Origin: an uncultured Bacteroidaceae bacterium
Lineage (GTDB): Bacteria > Bacteroidota > Bacteroidia > Bacteroidales > GCA-2748055
Reading direction: 5' to 3'
DNA: 64,000 bases
NCBI GenBank assembly: GCA_964528675.1
Contig: CAZGTU010000014.1
Span: 2,083 to 66,082 of the forward strand
Part shown: positions 1 to 8,668 of the stretch, in pieces
How positions within the stretch are numbered: position 1 is the first letter of the stretch
Layout: each line of letters begins with the position of its first letter
Translations under genes and position numbers: made by a program
The notes under the pieces: generated by a model
Databases searched by the model: none
Told to the model about the DNA's origin: nothing
The model's input: only the letters and a program-made list of their open reading frames with translations

Positions 1-435
1 ATAGCCGTCCAGGTAAGGAAAGATTATCTGGTCGAAGAAGGTCGCCCCGACAGGTTTCTTCGCAAGGGGGATTCCTTTTGCGTAAGCAGTGAGAGAACCA
101 TCCGGGTTTTTTTCAGGCCGGAACCAATTTGGATAGTAGGCAGAACTGCCGTCGGAAAGTGATATTGGATACCAGTCACTATCTTTATCGTTAAAACTTC
201 TTCCGATATCCATTACATCAATTTTGAACCGGTCGAGAATTATATCCTCCGTTTGAGCCAATTCCTGAACTACATCGTAAATGCGTGTCCTGCTGTTTTC
301 TATGTTAAGATGCCTTGTCAGATTGTTATAGGCAATGGCCGATATCCCAGAGCTGGGTGTTGATCCCAGATCAATAGGCACCTTTTTGGTTTCAGTATGA
401 TTTATTGCCGATAATATGGTCTCTCGGGATGTCAT
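1..435 (-). CDS. URO-D/MtaA-superfamily protein, N-terminal part (gene runs off the left edge)
   Basis: My own translation from the ATG at 435-433 gives MTSRETILSAINHTETKKVPIDLGSTPSSGISAIAYNNLTRHLNIE... The VPIDLGS..SGI segment parallels VAVDLGSSGTTGI at the N-terminus of the neighbouring 560-1819 protein, so this is a tandem paralog. It is not in the ORF track because it is truncated by the window edge. Confidence 0.6.
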   Translation of the reverse strand, partial: MTSRETILSAINHTETKKVPIDLGSTPSSGISAIAYNNLTRHLNIENSRTRIYDVVQELAQTEDIILDRFKIDVMDIGRSFNDKDSDWYPISLSDGSSAYYPNWFRPEKNPDGSLTAYAKGIPLAKKPVGATFFDQIIFPYLDGY

Positions 436-559
436 TTTTTATAGCTTTTGGATATATCCATATCTGGTTGAAGATTAAAGTTCTTTTCCATCGTCAATAA
501 AACTCCCCCAAAAAAAACTTATAGTTGCCCTTGTTTGAAAAAGAAAATCCTGTAATTCT

Positions 560-1819
560 TTAAGAATTTATTTCCTTTAATGTTTCGATCATGGTCACAA
601 CATTTTCAACAGGTACATTGGCCTGAATATTATGCACAGTGTTAAACACAAAACCTCCGTCTTTGCCAAAAATTTCACAATGACGTAAGACTTCTTCCCT
701 GACTTGTAGCGGTGTTCCAAATGGAAGAGTTTGCTGAGTATCAATACCCCCACCCCAGAATGTAAGTTTTTGGCCGTATTTCTTTTTGAGATGTACCGGA
801 TCCATCCCCTTGGCATTCACCTGAACAGGGTTTATTATGTCGAATCCGGCATCAATAAACCGGTTCATAAATCCTTCCACTGCACCACATGAATGTTTAA
901 AGGTTTTCCAGGCAGTATGCTCATGTATCCAGTCGTTAATTCTTTGGTAATAAGGCAGCCATAAATCATCAAATTGCTCCGGTGAACAAAAAGTCGAATC
1001 CTGGGTACCAAAATCAGTACCGCAAATAAAAACTACATCAATATTATTTCCTATGCCTTTATAAATCAGCTCCATATTTTTTACTGCAATTTCACTTTGC
1101 CTGTCAAAAACTTCCCGGAGATAATCAGGACGAACAATGGTACTCATATACCATTCTGCTACACTTCTTATTCCTTTTGGATTTTTAAGTTGCATTCCCG
1201 GAACAAATGCAATATCTCCCAATGCTGTTCCCCCAAGAGCTGCAATTACACCTTTGCCCGATGACCTGGCTTTCTTTGTTTCTGTTTTTAAGTAGGAAAC
1301 ATCTGAATCCGAAACTATTGTAAATTCTTCCAGGTTATCAGAAGGATCCAGTTCTTCTTCTACAATGGCTTGCTGGCGCTCAATTGCATCAAAAAAGTAT
1401 CCGGTTTTAGGCATGACGGCAGAAGGATTTGATTTATCATCACCATCAGGATATGAATACAGATTTCCATTTTCATTAACCGAAGTGTTAAATTTTTCCG
1501 GTACCAGTAATTCCTGTCCCCAAAAGGCTTTGAATGATTTTAAGGGTGGCTGATTAGAATAACCTAACATGTTATTCTTTCCCCAGACACCAACCACATC
1601 AGTCCCGATAAGGTCTATTAAGTCATCTTCAACCAATCCCAGCATTTGATAGGGTTCAATAACTCTTACCGGCCTGTTTTCAAGTCCATAATACTTCCGC
1701 AGGCCTTCAATTATTTTAACATGTATACCGGTAGTTCCAGAGGAACCCAAATCAACAGCGACGCCACCTGGGTCCTTGTGCACTAATGTTTTACGCAATT
1801 TTTCCTGAGGACTTTTCAT
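560..1819 (-). CDS. Uroporphyrinogen-decarboxylase-like (URO-D/MtaA superfamily) protein, long form, no signal peptide
   Basis: 419 aa. Contains FKHSCGAVEG (H-x-C), FDIINPVQ and a downstream RHCEIFGKDGG, which is the typical C-terminal half of the PF01208-type TIM barrel. ATG start. Confidence 0.75.
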   Translation of the reverse strand: MKSPQEKLRKTLVHKDPGGVAVDLGSSGTTGIHVKIIEGLRKYYGLENRPVRVIEPYQMLGLVEDDLIDLIGTDVVGVWGKNNMLGYSNQPPLKSFKAFWGQELLVPEKFNTSVNENGNLYSYPDGDDKSNPSAVMPKTGYFFDAIERQQAIVEEELDPSDNLEEFTIVSDSDVSYLKTETKKARSSGKGVIAALGGTALGDIAFVPGMQLKNPKGIRSVAEWYMSTIVRPDYLREVFDRQSEIAVKNMELIYKGIGNNIDVVFICGTDFGTQDSTFCSPEQFDDLWLPYYQRINDWIHEHTAWKTFKHSCGAVEGFMNRFIDAGFDIINPVQVNAKGMDPVHLKKKYGQKLTFWGGGIDTQQTLPFGTPLQVREEVLRHCEIFGKDGGFVFNTVHNIQANVPVENVVTMIETLKEINS

Positions 1820-1976
1820 TAAAAAATTATGTTTTTGATTTAATATATTCCAAAATTGTACTGCTTTGAAAATACAGTTATCATTGATAAAATAAACAAC
1901 TTATTTGCATCTTTTTCTCAACTGTAAATATTATGCACTTCAAAGGCTTTTTTCATAGAAGAAAAACGGATAATCG

Positions 1977-3971
1977 CTATTTGCCGATAATTCTTATTTT
2001 ACCTGATGCATAAGCTGAATTATTTACTTTACCAACTTGAACACGGTATATATAAAAACCTTCGGGCAAATTATAGTTTGAAACATTATACGTCTTTTCA
2101 AAATGTCCGGTAGCATAGTATCCATTTTCCATCACAGCCACTTTCTGACCACTTAAATTAAAAAGGCTGATATTAATTTCCGCGGGTTGTTCCAGTTTAA
2201 ACAGTATTCTCATCCAGTCTGATGCCGGGTTTGGATATACCTTTAGGCTGATTTCTTCCTTTAATTGATCTGCCAGGGTTGTTGCTGAAGTTGTATCTTT
2301 TTCAAATTCATTGTCACTGCCGGCTACCAATGAAGCCGGAACAGCGACCAAATGAATACCCCCGGAGTTACCCAGGTTGCCGGTATACTGTTTTTCTGAA
2401 AGCCCGTTCCAGTGCTCGTGTACGCCCAGACTTTGAATGGCAGTTCCATCATTTTCCGGATCATAAACGATTCCGGCGGGCCAGTTTTCCGGGCTGGCCG
2501 CCTGATGGATATAATCCTGCGTGGCTTCATAGAGTGGGAAATCACCTCCCCGCAGTTCCCCGTAGTTAAGATATTCCTCAAACAAAAAATCATATCCTAC
2601 CGATTCTGTTGCCACTGGGTCTTGTGACAAAAATAGCGACGACATCCAGTCATCGTTAAAGGGCTCTATTTGCCAGGGATAGACAACCCCGTTCCAGTTA
2701 TGCCCTGACCATATAGCGTCAACAATATACAGAACCGTATTACCACCCATGTATTGATTTCCCATGTAATCAACCAGATGACGGTAATTTCCCATTTCAT
2801 AATGTCCGGTATTTGCGGGAAAGCAATAATGTAAATCTTTTCCCATCTGCTGGTTTTTCGCTGTCTGACCAGTTCCCAACACCGATCCCTGGTGGTTTTT
2901 AGCGCCAATGGTAATTCCTGCTGCATCATGTGATTTCAGACAGGGCATATTGATAAAATATGCCGCATCTTTATAATCCTGGGGTATGGGAGAAGAAAAT
3001 TCCCCATCACTGGTAAAAAATTCATCGGTGGTAGTTACTTCGGTCAGGATGCGACCTTCTTCACCTCTGTTGTCGATATATTTTACATTGGGAAAAACAG
3101 ACTGGCACTTATCCCAATACATATCCCGGAATGTGCGGAACGGATCTCCCAGGCTAATATCTTCCTGAGCAATTCCTGCCTCATTAATCAGTTGTTTTAA
3201 TAAGGCAAGGGCCAATTGCGGAGTGGCGTCCATTTTGTCGTTACTATTGTATCCAAGATATGAAGAATTGGTCATGTTGAGCTTAATGCAGACTTTCTCA
3301 CCTTCCAGATAACCATGACTTCCCCTCCCTTTCTTTTTATTATGATAGGTAAACAATGCATTCCATGCATCCTGAACTGTACTTTCACCTGTGATTTTCA
3401 TAACTCCGTCAGCCAGCATATTTTCCACCACTTGCTGATCGGTGTTCTTATCTTCAAACCAATAATCATCTACGGTATTGGTACAGTTTTCATTGGTGGC
3501 ATTGGGGTCATGTACCCATACTACACGCCCATTATAAATGCCATAACCATCACCAACCGGGGCATTTCTTTCATCGACCAGTTCAGTTACCCTGGGCACG
3601 TCGTTGAGTGGATCTGCCAGACTGTCTAAAACATTAGCTGTCAACAAAACAAGTGCACCGGTAATTCCGAGTAAAAACAAGGAAAACGAAAGTGAATACT
3701 TCGATTTTGCCAATGCGCGCCTGGCTTTTTTGAATGAAAAAAACGTTAGGACAAAACCAGACATCCATAACAGGAATGCCGTCATAATGGGGGCAGTTGC
3801 CTGCATGCAAGGATAATTGATGCGGCTGGGCTTTTGAATCACCCTCCATAAAAACCAGCAGGTTGAAATTATACCGGTAAGAATAAAAGTTATTTTAAAC
3901 CACTGCTTTTTTGTTTTTTGAGAGCAAACATCATTTTTCCACCTAGCAAAAGTCTGGTTTTTATTTATCAT
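1977..3971 (-). CDS. DUF362-domain protein with N-terminal hydrophobic segments and a T9SS C-terminal sorting domain
   Basis: 664 aa. DUF362-like motifs KVCIKLNMTN and INMPCLKSHDAAGITIGAKNHQG. The C-terminus LKVYPNPASDWMRILF...GFYIYRVQV...GKIRIIGK is a type-A Por/T9SS sorting domain. There are 2-3 hydrophobic helices in the first 110 aa. Confidence 0.65.
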   Translation of the reverse strand: MINKNQTFARWKNDVCSQKTKKQWFKITFILTGIISTCWFLWRVIQKPSRINYPCMQATAPIMTAFLLWMSGFVLTFFSFKKARRALAKSKYSLSFSLFLLGITGALVLLTANVLDSLADPLNDVPRVTELVDERNAPVGDGYGIYNGRVVWVHDPNATNENCTNTVDDYWFEDKNTDQQVVENMLADGVMKITGESTVQDAWNALFTYHNKKKGRGSHGYLEGEKVCIKLNMTNSSYLGYNSNDKMDATPQLALALLKQLINEAGIAQEDISLGDPFRTFRDMYWDKCQSVFPNVKYIDNRGEEGRILTEVTTTDEFFTSDGEFSSPIPQDYKDAAYFINMPCLKSHDAAGITIGAKNHQGSVLGTGQTAKNQQMGKDLHYCFPANTGHYEMGNYRHLVDYMGNQYMGGNTVLYIVDAIWSGHNWNGVVYPWQIEPFNDDWMSSLFLSQDPVATESVGYDFLFEEYLNYGELRGGDFPLYEATQDYIHQAASPENWPAGIVYDPENDGTAIQSLGVHEHWNGLSEKQYTGNLGNSGGIHLVAVPASLVAGSDNEFEKDTTSATTLADQLKEEISLKVYPNPASDWMRILFKLEQPAEINISLFNLSGQKVAVMENGYYATGHFEKTYNVSNYNLPEGFYIYRVQVGKVNNSAYASGKIRIIGK

Positions 3972-3983
3972 GATTTTTTGAGT

Positions 3984-5357
3984 TTATACAACAGATTTTC
4001 CGTTATTTTGCTTATTTGTAAAGGTATCCCACATCATTTCGATTTCTTCAAGTGTTTTACCCTTTGTTTCAGGAACATATAATTTTGTCAGGATGAACTG
4101 AATCAACCCCATAAGTGCCAGAAAACCATAAACGATTGTGCCACCCAGGTTGGTAAGCATCCAGGGAAATAAAAATACAACCAACCAGTTAAATATCCAA
4201 TTGGTGAGTACGGTAACCGACATGCCTACGCCCCGAGCCCTGTTTGGAAACATTTCCGATATGAGGGTCCAGAAAACAGGTCCGATGCATGCGGTGAAAA
4301 AACTCAGGAAAAGAAACATCAGGATCAAAACAAGGATGCCGTTTATGTCCGGATTTGAAAAAGCCATGGATAACAGTGCCATGGAAACTGCCATACCTGC
4401 CGATCCGATGAGATATAATTTTTTGCGACCAATGCGGTCAATGAAAATTATTGCTACCCAGGTAAAGATGAAGTTCACAATACCAATACCAATTGTGTAA
4501 AATAAGGCATCACCAACCTCCAGGCCAACTTTTTCCAAAATAGCTGGAGCATAGTCAATAACGGTATTAATACCCGTCATTTGAACAAATACAGCCAGGA
4601 AAATTCCAATAAGTAAGACCCGTCGAAGGCCAGGTTCAAATAATTTTTTGAATCCAATGGTTTTCTGTTTCAAACTTTCTTTAATCTCAGCTATTTCATA
4701 GTTTGCATTCGCTTCACCTCCTACATTTACAAGAATTGCATATGACTCTTCATGAAATCCTTTGCTGTATAACCATCGTGGACTTTTTGGAACAAAAAAG
4801 AGCAATACAAAAAACAGAACCGAAGGAACTGTTCCACTGGCAAACATCCATCGCCAGTTGTTTGGGCCAATATCGTGTAACAGGTAATTAATGATGTAAG
4901 ACACAAGTATTCCGGTTACAATGGCAAGCTGATAAAGTACCACCATGCGGCCGCGATATTTTGAAGGAGATATCTCAGAAATGTACATGGGTGAAAGGAT
5001 GGAAGCCGATCCAACAGCAAGCCCCCCCACCATTCGGACCAGGAAGAAATATACGAAGTTATGTGCGAGTCCGGTGGCCAGACATGAAACTGCAAAAAAC
5101 AAGGAGGTGACAATAAGCATTTTTCGCCTTCCATACCTGTCTGCCAGTTTACCGGCAAATGCTGCACCAATAACACAACCAATAAGGAGGGAACTAACTC
5201 CCCATCCCAGCATAAGGTCATTCAAACTGAAATAATCTTTTATAAATGGAACTGTACCTGAAATTATGGCGATGTCAAATCCGAATAATAAGCCACCCAG
5301 AGAAGCCACCAGGCTTATCATTAATAAAAGAGAAATATTGGTTTTATTTTTATCCAT
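3984..5357 (-). CDS. MFS sugar porter family permease (sugar:H+ symporter)
   Basis: 457 aa with 12 predicted TM segments. Signature motifs GKLADRYGRRKML, PKSPRWL and PETKGKTLEEIE. Confidence 0.9.
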   Translation of the reverse strand: MDKNKTNISLLLMISLVASLGGLLFGFDIAIISGTVPFIKDYFSLNDLMLGWGVSSLLIGCVIGAAFAGKLADRYGRRKMLIVTSLFFAVSCLATGLAHNFVYFFLVRMVGGLAVGSASILSPMYISEISPSKYRGRMVVLYQLAIVTGILVSYIINYLLHDIGPNNWRWMFASGTVPSVLFFVLLFFVPKSPRWLYSKGFHEESYAILVNVGGEANANYEIAEIKESLKQKTIGFKKLFEPGLRRVLLIGIFLAVFVQMTGINTVIDYAPAILEKVGLEVGDALFYTIGIGIVNFIFTWVAIIFIDRIGRKKLYLIGSAGMAVSMALLSMAFSNPDINGILVLILMFLFLSFFTACIGPVFWTLISEMFPNRARGVGMSVTVLTNWIFNWLVVFLFPWMLTNLGGTIVYGFLALMGLIQFILTKLYVPETKGKTLEEIEMMWDTFTNKQNNGKSVV

Positions 5358-5700
5358 TATATTACGTTATTTAATTTTACTTTTTCTTATTACGAGGATT
5401 TTAATATGCCCGGATCACTAGTGTCGAGTTAACTAAAAATTGTCAATTTCCTTCGCTTGTCTCTCTTGCTCCCCCGGAGTGGCTCAGCCCGCACAGGTAA
5501 AATATATGACCTTTTATATATGAAATAACACCGGGGATAATTTTCGTTTCCAGTGTATGTATTTTAGTATTTCAAGGTATGAAGCAAAGCGTTTACAGTT
5601 GGCATAAAAATACATGGCACAATGGAAAAAATATATCATTTATAGGTCATCCAATAGGACTATTGTTTCAAAAGAGGCTGTCTAAAAAGTAATAATCATT

Positions 5701-5805
5701 TTAAAAAATCCAGGTCTGTAACCTCCATGGTTCCATATTTTTTGCAAGGTTCTGGATGGGATGAATGACATCGGACCCGGTTTTCATGATTGCGGCGATT
5801 AAGTA
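5701..5805 (-). pseudogene. Relic fragment of a URO-D-like gene
   Basis: Minus-strand translation YLIAAIMKTGSDVIHPIQNLAKNMEPWRLQTWIF* matches LLPAIIKTGADVIHPIQALAKNMEPWRLKENF of the 6064-7080 protein. Nucleotides 5721-5803 match 6267-6349 at 71 of 83 positions by hand alignment. There is no N-terminal part. Confidence 0.7.
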
Positions 5806-5833
5806 ATAGTATTGATACTAAAAAAAATCAGTA

Positions 5834-6030
5834 TTAATAAAAGATCTTTGTGACCTTTGAATTTCCTGATGTAACATTCAACAGAAATATCCCATTTTTT
5901 TCTGGTAAAGGAATAGTTGTAATGAAATTTTGGCTTTCTGATCTAAATTTGCTGGAATGCATAAGCTTTCCTTCGATACAGTAAATCTGTAATTCGTACA
6001 CCTGTGGATACAAAAAATGATAAGCAGTGT
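5834..6030 (-). pseudogene. Orphan T9SS C-terminal sorting domain relic
   Basis: Minus-strand translation ...AYHFLYPQVYELQIYCIEGKLMHSSKFRSESQNFITTIPLPEKNGIFLLNVTSGNSKVTKIFY* has the YPNP-like start, the alternating beta pattern and the GIY.L.V...K ending of a T9SS CTD. No upstream catalytic region fits before the stop of the 6064 gene. Confidence 0.55.
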
Positions 6031-6063
6031 ATTTATTTCCAGTGAATCGTTCCTCTAAAAAAA

Positions 6064-7080
6064 CTAAGCAAATATTGCCTCAATATTTGCGGGGTTGATG
6101 TCGGGAAGTATTGCCTCGTGACTGGGAGAGATAATTAGACCAGTTGGAAAAACAGCTTTCAGTTCTTCAACTTTTTTCCTGATCATTTCAGGAGTTCCGT
6201 TAATGAGTAACTCCTGGGCATCCACGCCCCCGCAAAATGATACCTGATCGCCAAAATTCTCTTTTAACCTCCATGGCTCCATGTTTTTTGCAAGCGCCTG
6301 GATGGGATGAATGACATCGGCCCCGGTTTTTATGATCGCGGGAAGCAAGTCAAATACAGAACCGCATGAATGATGAATTACGGTTAATCCAAAAGCATGA
6401 GCCTGCTCCACCAGAAGGGCTGTGCCGGGAAGAACATATTGTTCAATTAGTACAGGATCAACAAGCGAACCTGTCTGCGTACCAAAATCATTTCCGATCA
6501 GGACCGCATCCAGTTCACCTTTGGTGGCTTCATAGAAAACCGCGTTCGCCTCAAGATAAAATTTTGTTATCCTGTCCATTACCGCCATGAACATTTCCGG
6601 TTCAGTGTACATTTTTATCAATGCCGTTTCCATCCCGAAAGCGGAACAAGCATCCTGAAAATGAGCCGACCACATCATCCCCATGGCAATTTTATCATTT
6701 GGGATTGCATTTACCCGCCGACGGCTCTCTTCTTTATCAATATATTTTACTGGATCCGGCCATTCGAACATTTCCACTTCTGCCGGATCTGAAACAAGTT
6801 CAAAATGCCCCGGATCGGTTAATGTCTGGTGTTTATCAATGGATTTATCCTGCCGGAAATCAAAGGCGCCCGCGATATGGTTGCCATAAGGTGATGAATA
6901 GGGCACATCCACGGGCCAGATATCATCGTCAATTTTAACTTTAAGCTCTTCAATTGAACTGGCTTCAAAATAAGAAAAAAGATCGGGTAGGGCAGCCTCA
7001 TCGGGATAGCCCAACCAGCTTGCATTTCTATCAACAGCTTTTCTTTCAATTGTGAGATGAAATCTTTCCTTGCTATTCAT
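6064..7080 (-). CDS. URO-D/MtaA-superfamily protein, short form, no signal peptide
   Basis: Track ORF 6064-7086 begins at a TTG. The ATG at 7080 gives MNSKERFHLTIERKAVDR... Motifs IHHSCGSVFD (H-x-C) and DVIHPIQ. The sulfatase stop TGA lies 2 nt before this ATG. Confidence 0.75.
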   Translation of the reverse strand: MNSKERFHLTIERKAVDRNASWLGYPDEAALPDLFSYFEASSIEELKVKIDDDIWPVDVPYSSPYGNHIAGAFDFRQDKSIDKHQTLTDPGHFELVSDPAEVEMFEWPDPVKYIDKEESRRRVNAIPNDKIAMGMMWSAHFQDACSAFGMETALIKMYTEPEMFMAVMDRITKFYLEANAVFYEATKGELDAVLIGNDFGTQTGSLVDPVLIEQYVLPGTALLVEQAHAFGLTVIHHSCGSVFDLLPAIIKTGADVIHPIQALAKNMEPWRLKENFGDQVSFCGGVDAQELLINGTPEMIRKKVEELKAVFPTGLIISPSHEAILPDINPANIEAIFA

Positions 7081-7082
7081 GA

Positions 7083-8663
7083 TCAAGGGGTTTCAGATAA
7101 AGACTTCAGCATTACCTGTTCTTTCCAAAGTTTTCTCATTTCCTTCAATTTGTCCTTTGAACCAGGATTCAGGGCAAGATTGGTTAATTCCATAGAATCT
7201 TCATTACAATTATACAATTCTTCCATATCGTTGGTATAAAAACAATATTTCCACCCATCTTTTTTAACCATGGCAGAACGACCATTGACTGTATAATCTA
7301 AAAACCAGGTAGTACCATCTTCTTCAATTCTTTTTTGACGGAATGGTTCAAAATCTTCAAAGCTCATTGGATCAGGAGGGGATTCCGGCAAACCAACCTC
7401 GCAAAAAACAACATCCCGGTGATGATCTTCACTCGTTCCATTTAAAACACCCATAAATGATTTTCCCTTAATTCCTTCCTGCTTTTCAAAGCCCATGTAT
7501 TCCATTACCGTAGGCATTACATCAATGTTTTCAAATTGTGCATTATACACATTCCCTCCTTCAATACCCGGAAGATGAACAATAAGTGGAATCCTTACAA
7601 GGACATCATAAAAGGCTTTTGTTTTACCTATTAATCCGTACCTTCCGCCAAAATTACCATGGTCAACAGTGAAAACCACAACTGTATTTTCATACAACCC
7701 CAGCTCTTCTAATTTATCCATAAGCATACCAATAGCTTTATCGCAAAAGCTAACCTGACCATACATGGTAGCCAGGATTCTTTTACGCTCAGCCTCCGTA
7801 TATTTATCATAGCCTTGTGATTGAGATTGCACGTAATGCGCGAAAGGGTGAGTTGACCAGTCAATATTCAGTCCTTCCAGTTCAAGACTATCAGGATTAT
7901 ACATTGAATAATAAGGCTCAGGTACCACGTTGGGCCAGTGAGGATCAGGAAAGGAATAGTGAAGGAAAAAGGGTTTATTTTGATTTTCTTCAAGGAAGCG
8001 AAGACCATCTTCGGCTATGCGGTAGGTCATGGCTTCTTCTTCTTCAAACGGCATTGGGCCTTCAATCAAACCTTCACTTAATATGGCTCCTTCATGGTCG
8101 GGAGCAGAGGGTTTAAAATCCGGTCTTTTTTCTGTATGGCGATATTCATATATTGCACTGTCTTTCTTAATATAAGTACCATGCATTTTACCAAAATGAC
8201 CATATTCCTCACGAAAATCAAAATATTTTTCCATGTATTCATCATTGAAACAATGATTTTTTCCTGCCAGGCCAATCATATAACCGGCATTTTTAAGTGT
8301 TTCAATATATGACCATTGATCAGGAGACATATGAAAAGGCATGGTCACGAACCTGCAGCCATGTTGCATGGTATATTTACCTGTGAAAAAACTTGCACGG
8401 CTGGGCGTACATATCGGAGAAACTGTGTATCCATTCGTAAATACATTTGCTTCTTCTGCCAGCCGGTCAATATTGGGAGTTTTTATAACGGGGTGATTCA
8501 TGTAACCAAACTGATCATGACGATGTTCATCCAGTTTAATGACAATAAGGTTTATGTGATCATTTTCCGTATTACCTGTCTGTTTTTCTTCTTGCTGGCA
8601 GGCTGTAAGAGCAATAGCCCCGGTGAACACACAGGCGGAATAGAAAGTTGTTAAATTTTTCAT
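7083..8663 (-). CDS. Cys-type sulfatase (S1 family), lipoprotein signal
   Basis: Formylglycine motif CTPSRASFFTGKY. N-terminus MKNLTTFYSACVFTGAIALTAC looks like a lipobox. The track ORF extends to 8708, but that would overlap the upstream GH94 stop, so the internal ATG at 8663 is preferred. Confidence 0.88.
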   Translation of the reverse strand: MKNLTTFYSACVFTGAIALTACQQEEKQTGNTENDHINLIVIKLDEHRHDQFGYMNHPVIKTPNIDRLAEEANVFTNGYTVSPICTPSRASFFTGKYTMQHGCRFVTMPFHMSPDQWSYIETLKNAGYMIGLAGKNHCFNDEYMEKYFDFREEYGHFGKMHGTYIKKDSAIYEYRHTEKRPDFKPSAPDHEGAILSEGLIEGPMPFEEEEAMTYRIAEDGLRFLEENQNKPFFLHYSFPDPHWPNVVPEPYYSMYNPDSLELEGLNIDWSTHPFAHYVQSQSQGYDKYTEAERKRILATMYGQVSFCDKAIGMLMDKLEELGLYENTVVVFTVDHGNFGGRYGLIGKTKAFYDVLVRIPLIVHLPGIEGGNVYNAQFENIDVMPTVMEYMGFEKQEGIKGKSFMGVLNGTSEDHHRDVVFCEVGLPESPPDPMSFEDFEPFRQKRIEEDGTTWFLDYTVNGRSAMVKKDGWKYCFYTNDMEELYNCNEDSMELTNLALNPGSKDKLKEMRKLWKEQVMLKSLSETP

Positions 8664-8668
8664 ATCTT

